A stretch of DNA of 64,000 nt from an uncultured Pseudomonadota bacterium (GTDB lineage Bacteria > Pseudomonadota > Gammaproteobacteria > Ga0077536). The stretch spans positions 538 through 64,537 of the forward strand of contig CACDEI010000003.1 in the NCBI GenBank assembly GCA_902551695.1, read 5' to 3'. Of the stretch, positions 1 through 10,810 are shown piece after piece. The position numbers and the translations under genes are program-made. The notes beneath the pieces were generated by a model. The model did not search any database. It was not told the origin of the DNA and worked only from the letters and a program-made list of their open reading frames with translations. How positions within the stretch are numbered: position 1 is the first letter of the stretch; every line of letters begins with the position of its first letter.

Positions 1-902
1 CCTTCTACTGCCGCGCAACCGCCAGTAAGGGATATATGTTCAAGTCTTGAAGCATTTGACGAAGAATAGAATAGCTGTATCGCTCTCTCTACTTCCTGCG
101 CTGCACTCTCTACAAATGGCGCTAAAGTTTTTTCTTCATATCCAGGTTCAAGAGAAGATTCTGCCAACCTAGCCTTTGCTTCCTCGTATGACAAGCCGTA
201 ACTACGTTGAATCTCGTTTAGCAGTTGCTTCCCGCCAAAATTTTGCTCTCTGTTATAACTAATCGAACCGTTTTCTAAAACTGATAGTTTCGTGCTTGAG
301 GAACCTATGTCTACCACACCTATAACTTGACTTAACTTGTCTTCTCGACAAAGTACCGATGTAAGGGAAATAGCATTTTCCAGAGCGAAGAGTTCCACGT
401 CTACTACTTTGGGGGCAAGACCTGCTCTTTCTAGGGCAACGACGCATGAGTCAACGTTTTCGCTTTTGGTGGCTACAACAGTTATCTCGTACGGCGTCCC
501 AGAGTCAGTTGGATTATTTTCTATATGAAAATCTATACTGATATCCTCTATGGGGTGGGGAATGTGTTGAACCATCTCGAGCTGAACTTGTCCTTCTAGA
601 TCCTGTTCGGGAACTTCAGAGGATAATGTAATCTTTTTTGTGATAGCCTTTGACCCTGCAATGGCGCAGGCCGCCTCGGTGGAAGTTGAGCCGCTGCTCA
701 ATACCGCCCTCTCGATAGCCGAACCAACAGCTTCTGGATCAGTGATGGTGTTTTCGACTACTGAATCAGGTGGGGTGGGTTCAATTCCGTATGCTTCTAG
801 ATTATATTTTGAGCCCTCCTGAGATATTTCTAATACTTTGACCGAGCTTGAACTTATATCCACGCCTAAAAGTGTTTTCTTTGGTTTTCTAAAGCTGAAC
901 AC
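1..902 (-). CDS. pilM: Type IV pilus assembly protein PilM (C-terminus runs off the window start)
   Basis: Absent from the ORF track because it is open to the window edge. Manual reverse-complement translation from GTG at 902 gives VFSFRKPKKTLLGVDISSSSVKVLEISQEG...VVDIGSSSTKLSVLENG..., with no stops down to position 1. This is an actin-like PilM N-terminus. It is divergent from ponA, as in many Gammaproteobacteria. Confidence 0.85.
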   Translation of the reverse strand, partial: MFSFRKPKKTLLGVDISSSSVKVLEISQEGSKYNLEAYGIEPTPPDSVVENTITDPEAVGSAIERAVLSSGSTSTEAACAIAGSKAITKKITLSSEVPEQDLEGQVQLEMVQHIPHPIEDISIDFHIENNPTDSGTPYEITVVATKSENVDSCVVALERAGLAPKVVDVELFALENAISLTSVLCREDKLSQVIGVVDIGSSSTKLSVLENGSISYNREQNFGGKQLLNEIQRSYGLSYEEAKARLAESSLEPGYEEKTLAPFVESAAQEVERAIQLFYSSSNASRLEHISLTGGCAAVE

Positions 903-1109
903 GTTAACCTCTGAACATTTTATTCGCTAAATTTCAATATCTTGGAGCTAGTCTTTACACCAACTCCTTGGCAAAGATAGCAAAAAGTGCAAATGCTTTA
1001 TAGTAATATCCATCTCCAATGAAATTATTTATCATTTAACTAGCATTAGACCATCGGAGTAAGCTTAAATTGCAGGATAATACCGGACATATGGTAAAAA
1101 ATTAAGCAA

Positions 1110-3557
1110 ATGAAGAAATTAATAGTCATTCTGAGCCTTGGTATATTGATCATAGGGAGTGGAGTGTTCTACTCTCAAATTATTAAAGGATTACCTGATG
1201 TTGAATCGTTGAAGCAAGTACAGCTTCAAACGCCCCTTCGTGTTTATTCTTCCGACGAAAAGTTGATGGCTGAGTTTGGTAAAAAAAGGCGGAAGCCTGT
1301 GGCTTTGATTGGTGTTCCAAGAATATTTACTGCAGCTTTTATCGCTGCCGAGGACGCCAGTTTTTTTTCTCATTCAGGAGTGGATTGGATGGCTATGGGA
1401 AGAGCAGCTATTCAATATCTGAAGACGGGTGAGAAACGACAGGGTGGGAGTACGATTACTATGCAGGTTGCTCGTAATTTCTTTCTCTCCTCTGAAAAGA
1501 CTTTTGTCCGAAAATTCAGGGAGCTAGTTCTCGCCTCGATTATTGAGCAAAAGCTCTCAAAAAATGAAATATTGGAGCTATACCTTAATAAGATTTTTCT
1601 TGGACACCGAGCATATGGAATAGGAGCGGCAGCACAAGTATACTATGGCAAAGACATTGCAGATCTAGACCTTGCGCAGATGGCTATGATTGCAGGTTTA
1701 CCCAAAGCACCCTCAAGAATGAATCCTATAACCAACCCCCAGGCGGCAAAAAAAAGGCGTCTTTATGTGCTCAATAGGATGAAAACACTTGGATATATCA
1801 GTAGAAAAGAGTTCGATGTGGCCACAAAGAGTGCTGTCACTGCCAAATGGCATGGATATTCATCTGAAGTTTCTGCCCCTTACGTTGCGGAGATGGTTCG
1901 AGAGTTCATGGTTAAAAGTTTTGGTGAAAAAAGTTATGAAGAAGGTTTTGAAGTTATCACTACCATAAAGAGTAATCTTCAAAAGAAAGCACAAAATGCG
2001 TTACAGAGAGGCCTTATTGAATATGATCGACGTCATGGCTATCGGGGTGCTGAGGGAGCTGTAGTGATCGGAGATCATGCTGTGATATCAGAGAGTGTAT
2101 TGGCTGAGTCGTTAAGGCCTTTCGCAAAAGTGGGAGGTCTTGTCCCAGGTGTCGTGACTTCAGTGGAGGATAAAAAACTATTTGTATGGGTCCAAGATCA
2201 TGGAGAGGTTTTACTCTCGGAGGATTCCTTGCGGGAAGCTCGTCCGTATCAAACTGCTGATGCCCGAGGCCCGGTGCCGGATTCTTTTTTGGGTATTTTT
2301 TCTGAAGGGCAAATTATTCGCGTTAGTAAAAAAAATGTTCCACAAGAAGAAATCACATTACTGGCTTCTGGGGAATGGCAACTTTCGCAGTTACCTGCAG
2401 TCGAAGGCGCTATTGTTTCATTAAATCCTAAAAACGGGGCAGTACTTTCTTTGGTTGGAGGTTTGGATTTTAAGAAAAGTAAGTTTAATAGAGTCACTCA
2501 AGCAAAACGACAGGTAGGTTCGACTTTCAAGCCTTTTTTATACTCCGCAGCCCTAGAGAAAGGGTACACTGCAGCATCCATAATTAATGATGCGCCCATA
2601 GTTTTTAAAACCAAAAACGCTCTCGGGACTTGGCGGCCTGAAAATTTCAGTGGTAAATTTTACGGGCCCACTAGGCTTAGGCAGGCTTTGACTAGGTCTC
2701 AGAATATGGTTTCAGTACGTTTACTCGATTCTATAGGAATTGATTATGTTATCGACTATGTGTCTCGGTTTGGTATAGAGACAAACCAAGTCCCCAGAGA
2801 TTTATCTTTGGCGCTGGGATCGGGAGAAATGACTCCTCTTGGGGTGGCAGCTGGCTATTCAGTTTTCGCGAATGGTGGTTTTGCCGTTAATCCGTATTTT
2901 GTACAAGTGGTGAAAAATCGTGATGGGGAGGTGGTCTACGAGGCTAGTCCCGAAACAGTATGCGACATTTGTGATTCAGTCGTTTTAGACGATGAGGGAG
3001 AACCAGCGGATTTAGAAAGCTTGATGGCAATGAAAGAGCTGCCGCCAGACTCTATAGCAAAAAGGGTTATTACCGGTGAAAACAGTTGGTTAATTTCCTC
3101 AATGTTACGGGATGTAATTAAATTAGGCACTGGTCGAAGAGCTAAAGTGATTGGTAAGAAGGATTTATCTGGCAAAACAGGTACAACGAATGAACAGCGA
3201 GATGCTTGGTTTTCCGGATATAGTTCTCAAGTTGCGACCACTGTCTGGGTGGGATTTGATAAAGTAGCTCCCTTGGGTCGAAGAGAGACAGGAGCAAAAG
3301 CTGCCCTTCCAATTTGGGTGTCCTTTATGACAGGTGCACTTGCTAATCTAGAGGATAATGTTCCTGAAAGACCGAACGGCTTGGTTGTTGTTAGAATTGA
3401 TAGGAAAAGCGGAAAACTCTCCAGTGTTGGGAATCCGTCTTCTGTTTTCGAGGTGTTTCGAGAGTCTAATGTTCCCACGCGGGAGAGAGGTTCAGACTAT
3501 AGCTCTTCCGAAGAAGGTGGACAAAAAGGGGCGATAAAGCTCGAACAAATTTTCTGA
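1110..3557 (+). CDS. mrcA: Penicillin-binding protein 1A (bifunctional glycosyltransferase/transpeptidase)
   Basis: 815-aa ORF. It has an N-terminal TM, GT51 motifs (EDASFFSHSGVD, GGSTITMQVARN) and transpeptidase motifs (STFKP, SGKTGTTN). Confidence 0.95.
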   Translation: MKKLIVILSLGILIIGSGVFYSQIIKGLPDVESLKQVQLQTPLRVYSSDEKLMAEFGKKRRKPVALIGVPRIFTAAFIAAEDASFFSHSGVDWMAMGRAAIQYLKTGEKRQGGSTITMQVARNFFLSSEKTFVRKFRELVLASIIEQKLSKNEILELYLNKIFLGHRAYGIGAAAQVYYGKDIADLDLAQMAMIAGLPKAPSRMNPITNPQAAKKRRLYVLNRMKTLGYISRKEFDVATKSAVTAKWHGYSSEVSAPYVAEMVREFMVKSFGEKSYEEGFEVITTIKSNLQKKAQNALQRGLIEYDRRHGYRGAEGAVVIGDHAVISESVLAESLRPFAKVGGLVPGVVTSVEDKKLFVWVQDHGEVLLSEDSLREARPYQTADARGPVPDSFLGIFSEGQIIRVSKKNVPQEEITLLASGEWQLSQLPAVEGAIVSLNPKNGAVLSLVGGLDFKKSKFNRVTQAKRQVGSTFKPFLYSAALEKGYTAASIINDAPIVFKTKNALGTWRPENFSGKFYGPTRLRQALTRSQNMVSVRLLDSIGIDYVIDYVSRFGIETNQVPRDLSLALGSGEMTPLGVAAGYSVFANGGFAVNPYFVQVVKNRDGEVVYEASPETVCDICDSVVLDDEGEPADLESLMAMKELPPDSIAKRVITGENSWLISSMLRDVIKLGTGRRAKVIGKKDLSGKTGTTNEQRDAWFSGYSSQVATTVWVGFDKVAPLGRRETGAKAALPIWVSFMTGALANLEDNVPERPNGLVVVRIDRKSGKLSSVGNPSSVFEVFRESNVPTRERGSDYSSSEEGGQKGAIKLEQIF

Positions 3558-3580
3558 ATTATTTTAACTATTAGCCTTAA

Positions 3581-5815
3581 GTGACCAAGATATTACCAGA
3601 TTCAAATATGTGTATTTCTGTTGCGGTTTTCGCCCCATTACGAACTACATTTAGTTATTTACCACCCGAATCCGACGTTTCCGAAAAGCTTTTTATTGGC
3701 CAAAGAGTGTGGGTCCCTTTCGGACGAGGGTTCAGGGTCGGAGTGGTGACCTCTACAAATTGTGAAGCCACGCCATATATTAAACTGAAAAAAATAGCCG
3801 AGCTGCTCGATACACAAAGCCTACTTACTGCGGAAATCATCGAGTTAGCTGAATGGGCTTCTAAGTATTATCACCATCCTATTGGAGAGACTCTGTCTCA
3901 TGCCTTTCCAGCTAGTCTGAGAAAAAGAAAAAAAATCCAAGCACCCGTTAATATCGATTGGACCATTACTGGCTTGGGAAGAAAGGCTTTGGAGAGTGGG
4001 GAACTCAAGGGTAAGAGGCAAATAGAATTAATGTCACAACTGGCTTCATTCTCCTCAATGAATGCGAATGATTTTAAGGCGTTTAATTGGGATTTTTCTT
4101 GGCGGCCGGTGATGAAAACTCTAATGCAGAAAAATTTCATATTGCAAAGAAAATATCATTCTCATTCGAGAGTAGCCTTTCCTAATCCGAATATAGGAAA
4201 ACGAGTGAACCTAAATAGCGAGCAAGCAGATGCCCTAGAAAAGATCCAAAAGCAATTTAATGGTTATGGTGTGAAAGTGCTTTACGGTGTCACAGGTAGT
4301 GGTAAAACTGAGGTATATATGGAACTAATTGCACGGCTCTTATCTGAGGGTAAACAGTCGTTAGTTCTTGTCCCAGAGGTTACGTTGACCGAACAAATAG
4401 TGCAGCGTTTCAAAGCGAGGTTTCAAGGCTCTGTGGGCGTTCTTCATTCGCAGTGTAAGGATTCTGAAAAGCTTGACGTTTGGAACGGATGTCGGAACGG
4501 GACACTAAGCGTTTTAATAGGGACTAGATCGGCTATTTGGGTTCCCATGAAAACTTTGGGCGCAATAGTTGTTGATGAAGAGCATGATGTTTCCTATAAG
4601 CAACAAGAAGGCTTGGCCTATTCGGGGCGTGACTTAGCAATAAAGAGAGCGCAAATTGAGAATATTCCAGTTATTTTAGGTTCAGCAACACCCTCTCTAG
4701 AGACTATTGCTAATATTTCCTCCGGCCGTTTCGAGGAAATCCCAATTAATCGACGGGCAAAAACCTTATCGGAACCGGTGAGGGAGTTGGTTGATATTAG
4801 TAAGGGCAGAGGAGATGGTGGTTTAGGAAAGAAGTTAATAGAGGCAATTGGGCATCATGTGTCGGCCGGAGGTCAGGTTATTCTTTTTTTAAACAGAAGG
4901 GGATACGCGCCACTAATGATGTGTCGTAACTGTGGAACTCACCAAATTTGTAGAAGCTGTGAGAGACATCTCGTGTATCATAAGAGATTTAATGCTCTGG
5001 TTTGCCATCACTGCGGGGAAAAAATGTCAGTAGAAAAGGCAACTAACTGTTGTAAATCTCCTGATTTATTTGAGATTGGGATAGGGACGGAGCAGGTTGA
5101 GGAAAAGGTGAGCTTGCTTTTCCCTAAATTAAGAGTGGGAAGGGTTGACCGCGATAGTGTGAAAAATCCCAAAGACTTGCAAGAGCTCTTTCGAAAAATA
5201 GCGAATCGTGAAATTGACATTCTCATTGGTACACAAATGGTTGCAAAAGGTTTGGATTTCTCTGGAATTACGCTAGTTGGTATAATAGACACCGACAGTA
5301 GGTTATTTAGTGTAGATTACAAGTCCGAGGAACGATTAGCACAATTGCTTACCCAAGTGGCTGGGCGCTGTGGTAGAGGATCGGGACAGGGTAAGGTCTT
5401 AATTCAAAGTCGTCAGCCAGACAACTTTGTTTTGAATAAAATCATATATGATGGCTATCGCTCCTACTCGTCTGTGGCATTGAAAGAAAGAGAGAGATTG
5501 GGAATGCCACCTTTTTCGGCTTTGGCGTTAATAAAAGCTGATTCATCAATTAAGACGAAAGCGGACAAATTCCTGATATGTTTACGGGAAAAGTTAATGA
5601 AGAATAGTAATGCAGATCAAGTTTTTGTTAGTTACCCTATTTCAGCATTCTTCAGCCCCAAACGTGTCAAATATAGAAGCCTCATGGTAATGCAATGTCA
5701 AAGAAGGGTCCTGTTACAAGGACTTTTATCGGAGCATATTTCCTGGATAGAGGCGTTAGGACGAAAGATGAGGGTGCGATGGATTCTAGATGTAGACCCC
5801 GAGGATACCTTGTAA
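3581..5815 (+). CDS. priA: Primosomal replication protein N' (PriA helicase)
   Basis: 744 aa with a GTG start. Walker A is GVTGSGKTEVY and the DEEH box is VVDEEHD. A Cys-rich zinc region reads CRNCGTHQICRSCERHLVYHKRFNALVCHHCG. Confidence 0.95.
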   Translation: MTKILPDSNMCISVAVFAPLRTTFSYLPPESDVSEKLFIGQRVWVPFGRGFRVGVVTSTNCEATPYIKLKKIAELLDTQSLLTAEIIELAEWASKYYHHPIGETLSHAFPASLRKRKKIQAPVNIDWTITGLGRKALESGELKGKRQIELMSQLASFSSMNANDFKAFNWDFSWRPVMKTLMQKNFILQRKYHSHSRVAFPNPNIGKRVNLNSEQADALEKIQKQFNGYGVKVLYGVTGSGKTEVYMELIARLLSEGKQSLVLVPEVTLTEQIVQRFKARFQGSVGVLHSQCKDSEKLDVWNGCRNGTLSVLIGTRSAIWVPMKTLGAIVVDEEHDVSYKQQEGLAYSGRDLAIKRAQIENIPVILGSATPSLETIANISSGRFEEIPINRRAKTLSEPVRELVDISKGRGDGGLGKKLIEAIGHHVSAGGQVILFLNRRGYAPLMMCRNCGTHQICRSCERHLVYHKRFNALVCHHCGEKMSVEKATNCCKSPDLFEIGIGTEQVEEKVSLLFPKLRVGRVDRDSVKNPKDLQELFRKIANREIDILIGTQMVAKGLDFSGITLVGIIDTDSRLFSVDYKSEERLAQLLTQVAGRCGRGSGQGKVLIQSRQPDNFVLNKIIYDGYRSYSSVALKERERLGMPPFSALALIKADSSIKTKADKFLICLREKLMKNSNADQVFVSYPISAFFSPKRVKYRSLMVMQCQRRVLLQGLLSEHISWIEALGRKMRVRWILDVDPEDTL

Positions 5816-5857
5816 TGCGTGAGCGATCCTAGGTTTAGTTTGAAGGTAGTATTTATT

Positions 5858-7597
5858 GTGAAGAATTTTATCAAAGAAAGTATCATTAGGGCGGTGTCGT
5901 CTTCCAAAAAAGAGAGCATCTTACCCTTAGCTGACATTCCCTTCGTAGTAGAAAGTCCTAAGAAAAGATCGCAGGGAGACTTTAGTACTAACATAGCTTT
6001 GGTTGGCGCGAAACAGTTAAAAATATCCCCTAAGGAATTGGCCAATGAGTTAATCCCAATATTAAATAGTCTCAAACTTTTTGATAGCGTCGGACTCGCT
6101 GGGCCAGGCTTTTTGAACTTCAAACTAACAACGGATGCTCTTTTTTCTACAATAGATAAAATTTACACTCAGGGATCCGATTACGGGTCGAATCAGAAGG
6201 GCTTAAATAAAAAAATCCACATTGAGTTCGTATCTGCGAACCCTACTGGGCCACTACACATCGGCCATGGTCGAGGGGCGGCAGTTGGATCGGCCCTTGC
6301 TCGAATATATAAATTTTGTGGTTATGAGGTTCTCCAAGAGTACTACGTTAATGATGCTGGGCGTCAAATGGATATTCTTGCTTTAAGTGTTTTTCATCGA
6401 TACCAAGAAAAATATTTGAGCGAGACTTTTCCACTATCCAATGCTTATGAGGGCGACTATGTCGGTGATATAGCCGAAGCTATCAAGTCTCAAGGACTAT
6501 TGGATGAGCTTGGTGGAAAAACCTTTGAAGGCCGAGAGTTAGAAGGTTTTGATTCCGAAAAGCTCTTAGACTTTTTAATAAGCCAGCTGAGGTCCTTTCT
6601 AGGTTCTCAACTGTTTAATAGGATTAGAGATTTTTCATCCGAGTTTGTCTTGTCTGGCATTCAAGAAACTATGGCGGGCTTTAGAGTTAGTTTTGACAGT
6701 TGGGTTTCAGAAAAAAGTCTTGTTAAGGATGGTGCTGTAGAAAATGTGCTAAAAATTCTGGATAGAGAAAAACAGACTTACACCGAACAAGGAGCGCTGT
6801 GGTTTAGAGCGTCAAATTTTGGTGATGAAAAGGACCGAGTTTTAGTTAGAGAAGGAGGGGCTCATACTTATTTTGCCACTGATCTAAGCTATCATGCTCG
6901 AAAAGCTGAAGATGGTTACTTCAAAATGATCAATGTGTGGGGCGCGGACCACCACGGCTACATTCCGAGGCTTAGAGCTGCCCTTGAAGTTCTTAAGATA
7001 AGTAGATCCAGATTAGAAATCATGCTTGTGCAATTTGCTTCTTTGGTTGATAAGGGTCGAAAAGTATCGATGTCCACTAGGAAAGGTTCTTTTGTCACAT
7101 TGGATTCATTGATATCTGATGTGGGTGCTGATGCTGCACGTTTCTTCTACTTGATGCGTAAAGCAGATCAACATATGGAATTTGACGTTGGATTGGCAAA
7201 AGAAAAAAGTTCCAAAAACCCAGTGTATTATGTTCAATATGCTTTTGCTCGAATCTCAAGCGTTCTGGCTCAGGCTAAAGGTTTAGGATGGTCAGATGAC
7301 GGCAATCCAGGGAATCTAGAGCAAGCTTTGTCTACTGAATATGAGCAGGAACAGCTCCTTCTGCTATCACAATTTCCAGATATTGTAATGGCAGCGTCAG
7401 ATAGTGGAGAACCAAATATAGTTACACAGTACTTAAAAGATCTAGCCTATCTATTTCACTCTAACTATGCCGCCAATAAAATACTAGTAGATAACTTGGA
7501 TACTAGGAATGCTAGATTATGTCTAGCGAGTGTAACTGGGACAGTGATCGAAAACGGACTGAACTTGTTAAATATATCGTCACCAAAAAAAATGTAA
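5858..7597 (+). CDS. argS: Arginine--tRNA ligase
   Basis: The class I HIGH motif is PTGPLHIGHGRGA and the C-terminal anticodon-binding region is typical. The ORF is open from 5819. I prefer the GTG at 5858 (VKNFIKESIIRAV resembles canonical ArgS N-termini), but the start is uncertain. Confidence 0.93.
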   Translation: MKNFIKESIIRAVSSSKKESILPLADIPFVVESPKKRSQGDFSTNIALVGAKQLKISPKELANELIPILNSLKLFDSVGLAGPGFLNFKLTTDALFSTIDKIYTQGSDYGSNQKGLNKKIHIEFVSANPTGPLHIGHGRGAAVGSALARIYKFCGYEVLQEYYVNDAGRQMDILALSVFHRYQEKYLSETFPLSNAYEGDYVGDIAEAIKSQGLLDELGGKTFEGRELEGFDSEKLLDFLISQLRSFLGSQLFNRIRDFSSEFVLSGIQETMAGFRVSFDSWVSEKSLVKDGAVENVLKILDREKQTYTEQGALWFRASNFGDEKDRVLVREGGAHTYFATDLSYHARKAEDGYFKMINVWGADHHGYIPRLRAALEVLKISRSRLEIMLVQFASLVDKGRKVSMSTRKGSFVTLDSLISDVGADAARFFYLMRKADQHMEFDVGLAKEKSSKNPVYYVQYAFARISSVLAQAKGLGWSDDGNPGNLEQALSTEYEQEQLLLLSQFPDIVMAASDSGEPNIVTQYLKDLAYLFHSNYAANKILVDNLDTRNARLCLASVTGTVIENGLNLLNISSPKKM

Positions 7598-7617
7598 TCG
7601 AGTTAGATTGGAAGCTA

Positions 7618-8163
7618 GTGAGAAAGAAGAAAAAATCGAAAAAGACGGACTCGCAGTTAAACTTAGGATTTTTAAGTGGTTTTGCTTGCGGGATATTCAT
7701 CGCATTTCTAGTTTATCTTTGGTCTTCAAGTTTGCCGCGTCCTCTGGATATTTTAAGTATCTTAAGAGATAGAGTGGCCTCTTTGGTCCCAAGCAATGCT
7801 TTGCCAGGATCAGAGTTGGATGAGCAAGGTGAACAGTCTCATCCGACTTTTTATAAATACTTGCCTGGTGAGGAAGTGCCTGTACCTTTAATGAATCCAA
7901 ATGTTGATGGAGGAACACTTGATGAAAGGGGTTCTGTTTTCCTGCAAGTAGGCTCTTATTCTAAGTTTGAAGACGCTGATGGACAGAAAGCGAAACTTGC
8001 ATTACTGGGTGTAGTTGCGTCGATTGAATCTACAAAAGGGGGAGATAGTGCGGTGTGGTATCGGGTTAAGATAGGTCCTCTTTCAAAGGAGTCCGCGAGG
8101 CAGGTTAAATCACGATTGGTGGAGGAGAAATTTGAAGTTCTGGTTTTGATCAAAGATGGTTAG
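7618..8163 (+). CDS. SPOR-domain membrane protein (FtsN-like position after argS)
   Basis: A Lys-rich N-terminus is followed by a TM (FLSGFACGIFIAFLVYLW). The C-terminal SPOR-like segment reads VFLQVGSYSKFEDADGQKAKL...WYRVKIGPL. The ORF is open from 7519 but overlaps argS there. The GTG at 7618 is preceded by a GGAAG Shine-Dalgarno. Confidence 0.7.
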   Translation: MRKKKKSKKTDSQLNLGFLSGFACGIFIAFLVYLWSSSLPRPLDILSILRDRVASLVPSNALPGSELDEQGEQSHPTFYKYLPGEEVPVPLMNPNVDGGTLDERGSVFLQVGSYSKFEDADGQKAKLALLGVVASIESTKGGDSAVWYRVKIGPLSKESARQVKSRLVEEKFEVLVLIKDG

Positions 8164-8824
8164 CCCAACTGGGCTCTGCTGATTCAGCAGTAAACCGCTC
8201 CAGATTTTTCTCGACAGCTATTGAAAACTGGGAGCTGCTCTCGGATTTTTTGAAATATCTGATCAATGGTATATCGTGGGTGATAAAATCTTTTACCACA
8301 TCGATACTGACCTTTTTCCAAGCGTCCCAAGAGATTCTGGAATTACTCAGATACTCGTGTTCCTTTTTTAGTCTTACAGAGTTCAGAAGAAAAATGTCAT
8401 AGCTTGCTGCCATGCCGGAGAGATCAGCTGCCCGTACCGCTTGTTGCTCGGCCGTTTTGAAAGTTGCGTGCCTCTCGGTAGATACAATGGCCTCTTTTAC
8501 TGCTTTTATTTCGGTTGGGGAATAATTTTCTGTTATTAGCACATTTTCAGCTAGGTTGGCCGAATACCTTTCTTTGGTCTCAAATCCTAAGCTAGTGTGA
8601 TCTTCCGAGTATCCTGCGTCATGGAATAAAATCGCGAGATAGACAATTTGTTTCCTTAACGTTACTTGCTCGGACTGGCAGTCAATCAAAATCCTATTGC
8701 CGAATTCTAGCGTATTTAAGACGTGTTGAAAATTGTGATAATGAAGTCGCGAGTCATAATATGCCTTAGCAAGCCTTTCTAGGTTACTATCTCTCTCAAA
8801 AATTATTTTGGTTGGTGCATTCAT
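8150..8824 (-). CDS. HD-domain phosphohydrolase family protein
   Basis: Metal-binding pattern H...HD: HNFQHVLNTLEF ... LAILFHDAGY. 224 aa. Confidence 0.65.
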   Translation of the reverse strand: MNAPTKIIFERDSNLERLAKAYYDSRLHYHNFQHVLNTLEFGNRILIDCQSEQVTLRKQIVYLAILFHDAGYSEDHTSLGFETKERYSANLAENVLITENYSPTEIKAVKEAIVSTERHATFKTAEQQAVRAADLSGMAASYDIFLLNSVRLKKEHEYLSNSRISWDAWKKVSIDVVKDFITHDIPLIRYFKKSESSSQFSIAVEKNLERFTAESAEPSWANHL

Positions 8825-9033
8825 GAAGCTTAATTTAGAAGATCCCCAAAAAAACAGGCGGACGTATCCTGACTATCATCCCTCTACTTGGTATCATAGT
8901 TCTTTTTTTTTAAAATTTCAGCCATATGGCTGCAATAATCAACTTTATTTTGCCGAGCATTCTGAAAAGTATTAAGTCCCAAAAACCGATAAAAAATAAG
9001 TTGAAAACCCATAGAATAAGGAAACAATGCCTT

Positions 9034-9231
9034 ATGAAAATTTGGATAAATGGTTTTGAAAAGGAGGTTGAAAAAGATTGTCTGTTAGCTAGGCTTATAA
9101 CCGAGATGGAAATAGAAGGACGGTTTGCCGTAGAAATTAATGGGGAGATAATACCGAGAGCTTTTTTCCAGTCTAGGATTATTTTAGAGAATGATAAGTT
9201 AGAAATAGTTACTGCAGTTGGAGGAGGATAG
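9034..9231 (+). CDS. thiS: Sulfur-carrier protein ThiS
   Basis: The C-terminal VGGG ending and ~66-aa size from the internal ATG at 9034 (MKIWINGFEKEV...) fit ThiS. It lies directly upstream of thiG. The track ORF from 8926 adds a non-ThiS extension. Confidence 0.85.
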   Translation: MKIWINGFEKEVEKDCLLARLITEMEIEGRFAVEINGEIIPRAFFQSRIILENDKLEIVTAVGGG

Positions 9232-9291
9232 TGTTTGCTTGAAGGGGTTTGAAAAAATGTGAAAACTTACTAGGAGTTAAATACTAATACC

Positions 9292-10098
9292 ATGAAGAAA
9301 AAACAGAAAAAAAAGGGCGATGATTTACTTGAAGTTGGTAGCTACCAATTCTCTTCCCGACTAATGGTAGGGACTGGAAAATACAAGGACATTGATGAAG
9401 CACGGCAAGCTATACTAGCGAGCGGAGCCGAAGTTATCACCGTAGCGGTACGACGAGTGAATATCGGACAGGATAAAGATTCCCCAAATCTATTGGATGT
9501 GTTTCCCGCTACTAAATTCACTATGTTGCCAAATACTGCCGGCTGTTATGATGCAAATACTGCGATTAGAACCTGTCTCCTGGCTCGAGAGCTCATGGAC
9601 GGACATAGTCTCGTCAAGCTGGAAGTTCTTGGGGACGAAAGAACTCTGTACCCAAATGTTATTGAAACTATTTCGGCTGCGAAAACCTTATGTGAAGACG
9701 GATTTGAGGTATGGGTATACACCACAGACGACCCCATTGTCGCAACTGAGTTAGAAGATATTGGATGTTCCGCTATTATGCCTTTGGCGGCTCCTATCGG
9801 TTCGGGCCTTGGCATACAAAATCGGTATTCGATTAGATCAATAGTAGAAAACAGCGGTGTTCCGGTAATTGTGGACGCAGGCGTTGGAACCGCATCTGAT
9901 GCCAGTGTGGCCATGGAGCTCGGGTGCGACGGGGTCCTAATGAATACAGCAATAGCTGGTGCGCAGAAACCAGTGTTGATGGCTTCGGCAATGAGAAAGG
10001 CGGTTTCAGCTGGTAGAGAGGCCTATCTTTCCGGAAGGATTCCGAAAAAGCCTTATGCCAGCGCTTCCTCTCCTATCGACGGAAAATTTTTTGATTGA
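9292..10098 (+). CDS. thiG: Thiazole synthase ThiG
   Basis: 268 aa with motifs [18 protein letters not shown] and [11 protein letters not shown]. Confidence 0.95.
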   Translation: MKKKQKKKGDDLLEVGSYQFSSRLMVGTGKYKDIDEARQAILASGAEVITVAVRRVNIGQDKDSPNLLDVFPATKFTMLPNTAGCYDANTAIRTCLLARELMDGHSLVKLEVLGDERTLYPNVIETISAAKTLCEDGFEVWVYTTDDPIVATELEDIGCSAIMPLAAPIGSGLGIQNRYSIRSIVENSGVPVIVDAGVGTASDASVAMELGCDGVLMNTAIAGAQKPVLMASAMRKAVSAGREAYLSGRIPKKPYASASSPIDGKFFD

Positions 10099-10115
10099 TC
10101 AGATTTTAGCTATCC

Positions 10116-10802
10116 GTGGAAGGTGAGTGGGTCTTGAAAAGAACCATTAAAAGTTTTGTTAAGAGAGCTGGCCGTATAACCAGCGCACAAAGGAAAGCGA
10201 TTGAGGAATTTCTACTGGACTTTTCTTTCCGCTCACGACTATCTTTTCAAGGAGAAAATGCGTTTCTTAAACATCGCCCTCTGTACTTAGAGATTGGATT
10301 TGGTAACGGGCTGAACCTGGTGAGGCAGGCGGAACATTATCCCGGTCGTAATTTTATAGGATGTGAAATCTACGAATCGGGAATCGGTAGCACGTTAATA
10401 AAACTAAAAAATAGGGGTATTAGCAACGTTCGAATTGCGGTTGGAGATGCGTTAGAGACTATCGAGTATTTATCTCTCAAATCCCTGGATGGTGTTTTTA
10501 TTCTTTTTCCAGATCCTTGGCCAAAAAAAAGACATAATAAAAGACGATTGGTTAACAAAGATTTTCTTAAGAAAATAGGACCAAAAATGAAGGATCATGC
10601 AAAAATATTTATGACAACAGATGACCAGTCTTACGCGCAAGAGATAATAGAGGTTTTAGCAGAGGACGTATTTTTTGAAAATATCGCAGGGGAACGTTCA
10701 TTTGCTCCGAGACCTTCGTGGAGAGAGAGTACTAAGTTTGAAGAGCGCGCCCATCGTCTCGGTAACTCAATATTTGAAATAATCGCGTGTCTTAAGAACT
10801 AG
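10116..10802 (+). CDS. trmB: tRNA (guanine-N7)-methyltransferase
   Basis: Motifs IKSFVKRAGRIT, EIGFGNG and FPDPWPKKRHNKRR. The thiS-thiG-trmB order matches Pseudomonas-type genomes. The exact start is uncertain (GTG 10116 or TTG 10134). Confidence 0.9.
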   Translation: MEGEWVLKRTIKSFVKRAGRITSAQRKAIEEFLLDFSFRSRLSFQGENAFLKHRPLYLEIGFGNGLNLVRQAEHYPGRNFIGCEIYESGIGSTLIKLKNRGISNVRIAVGDALETIEYLSLKSLDGVFILFPDPWPKKRHNKRRLVNKDFLKKIGPKMKDHAKIFMTTDDQSYAQEIIEVLAEDVFFENIAGERSFAPRPSWRESTKFEERAHRLGNSIFEIIACLKN

Positions 10803-10810
10803 AAGTTTTG

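Noticed and set aside
5698-6123. Several long ORFs lie antisense to or overlap well-supported genes. Examples are 5698..6123(-), 9546..9914(-), 27581..27928(-), 47253..47711(+), 51776..52129(+), 19041..19331(+) and 44386..44724(-).
   Set aside because: All lie entirely within, and opposite or out of frame to, genes with strong family motifs. Their products have low-complexity or biased composition and no recognisable motifs. These are typical shadow ORFs.
8825-9033. I looked for a TPP (THI-box) riboswitch upstream of thiS-thiG. I also considered the 101-aa ORF that extends ThiS from 8926.
   Set aside because: I could not find the conserved CUGAGA / ACCUGAUCUGGAUAAUGCCAGCG-like cores by eye. 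The N-terminal 36 codons of the long ORF are Lys/Ile-rich and not ThiS-like, and the internal ATG at 9034 gives a canonical 65-aa ThiS. A covariance-model scan (RF00059) would settle the riboswitch question.
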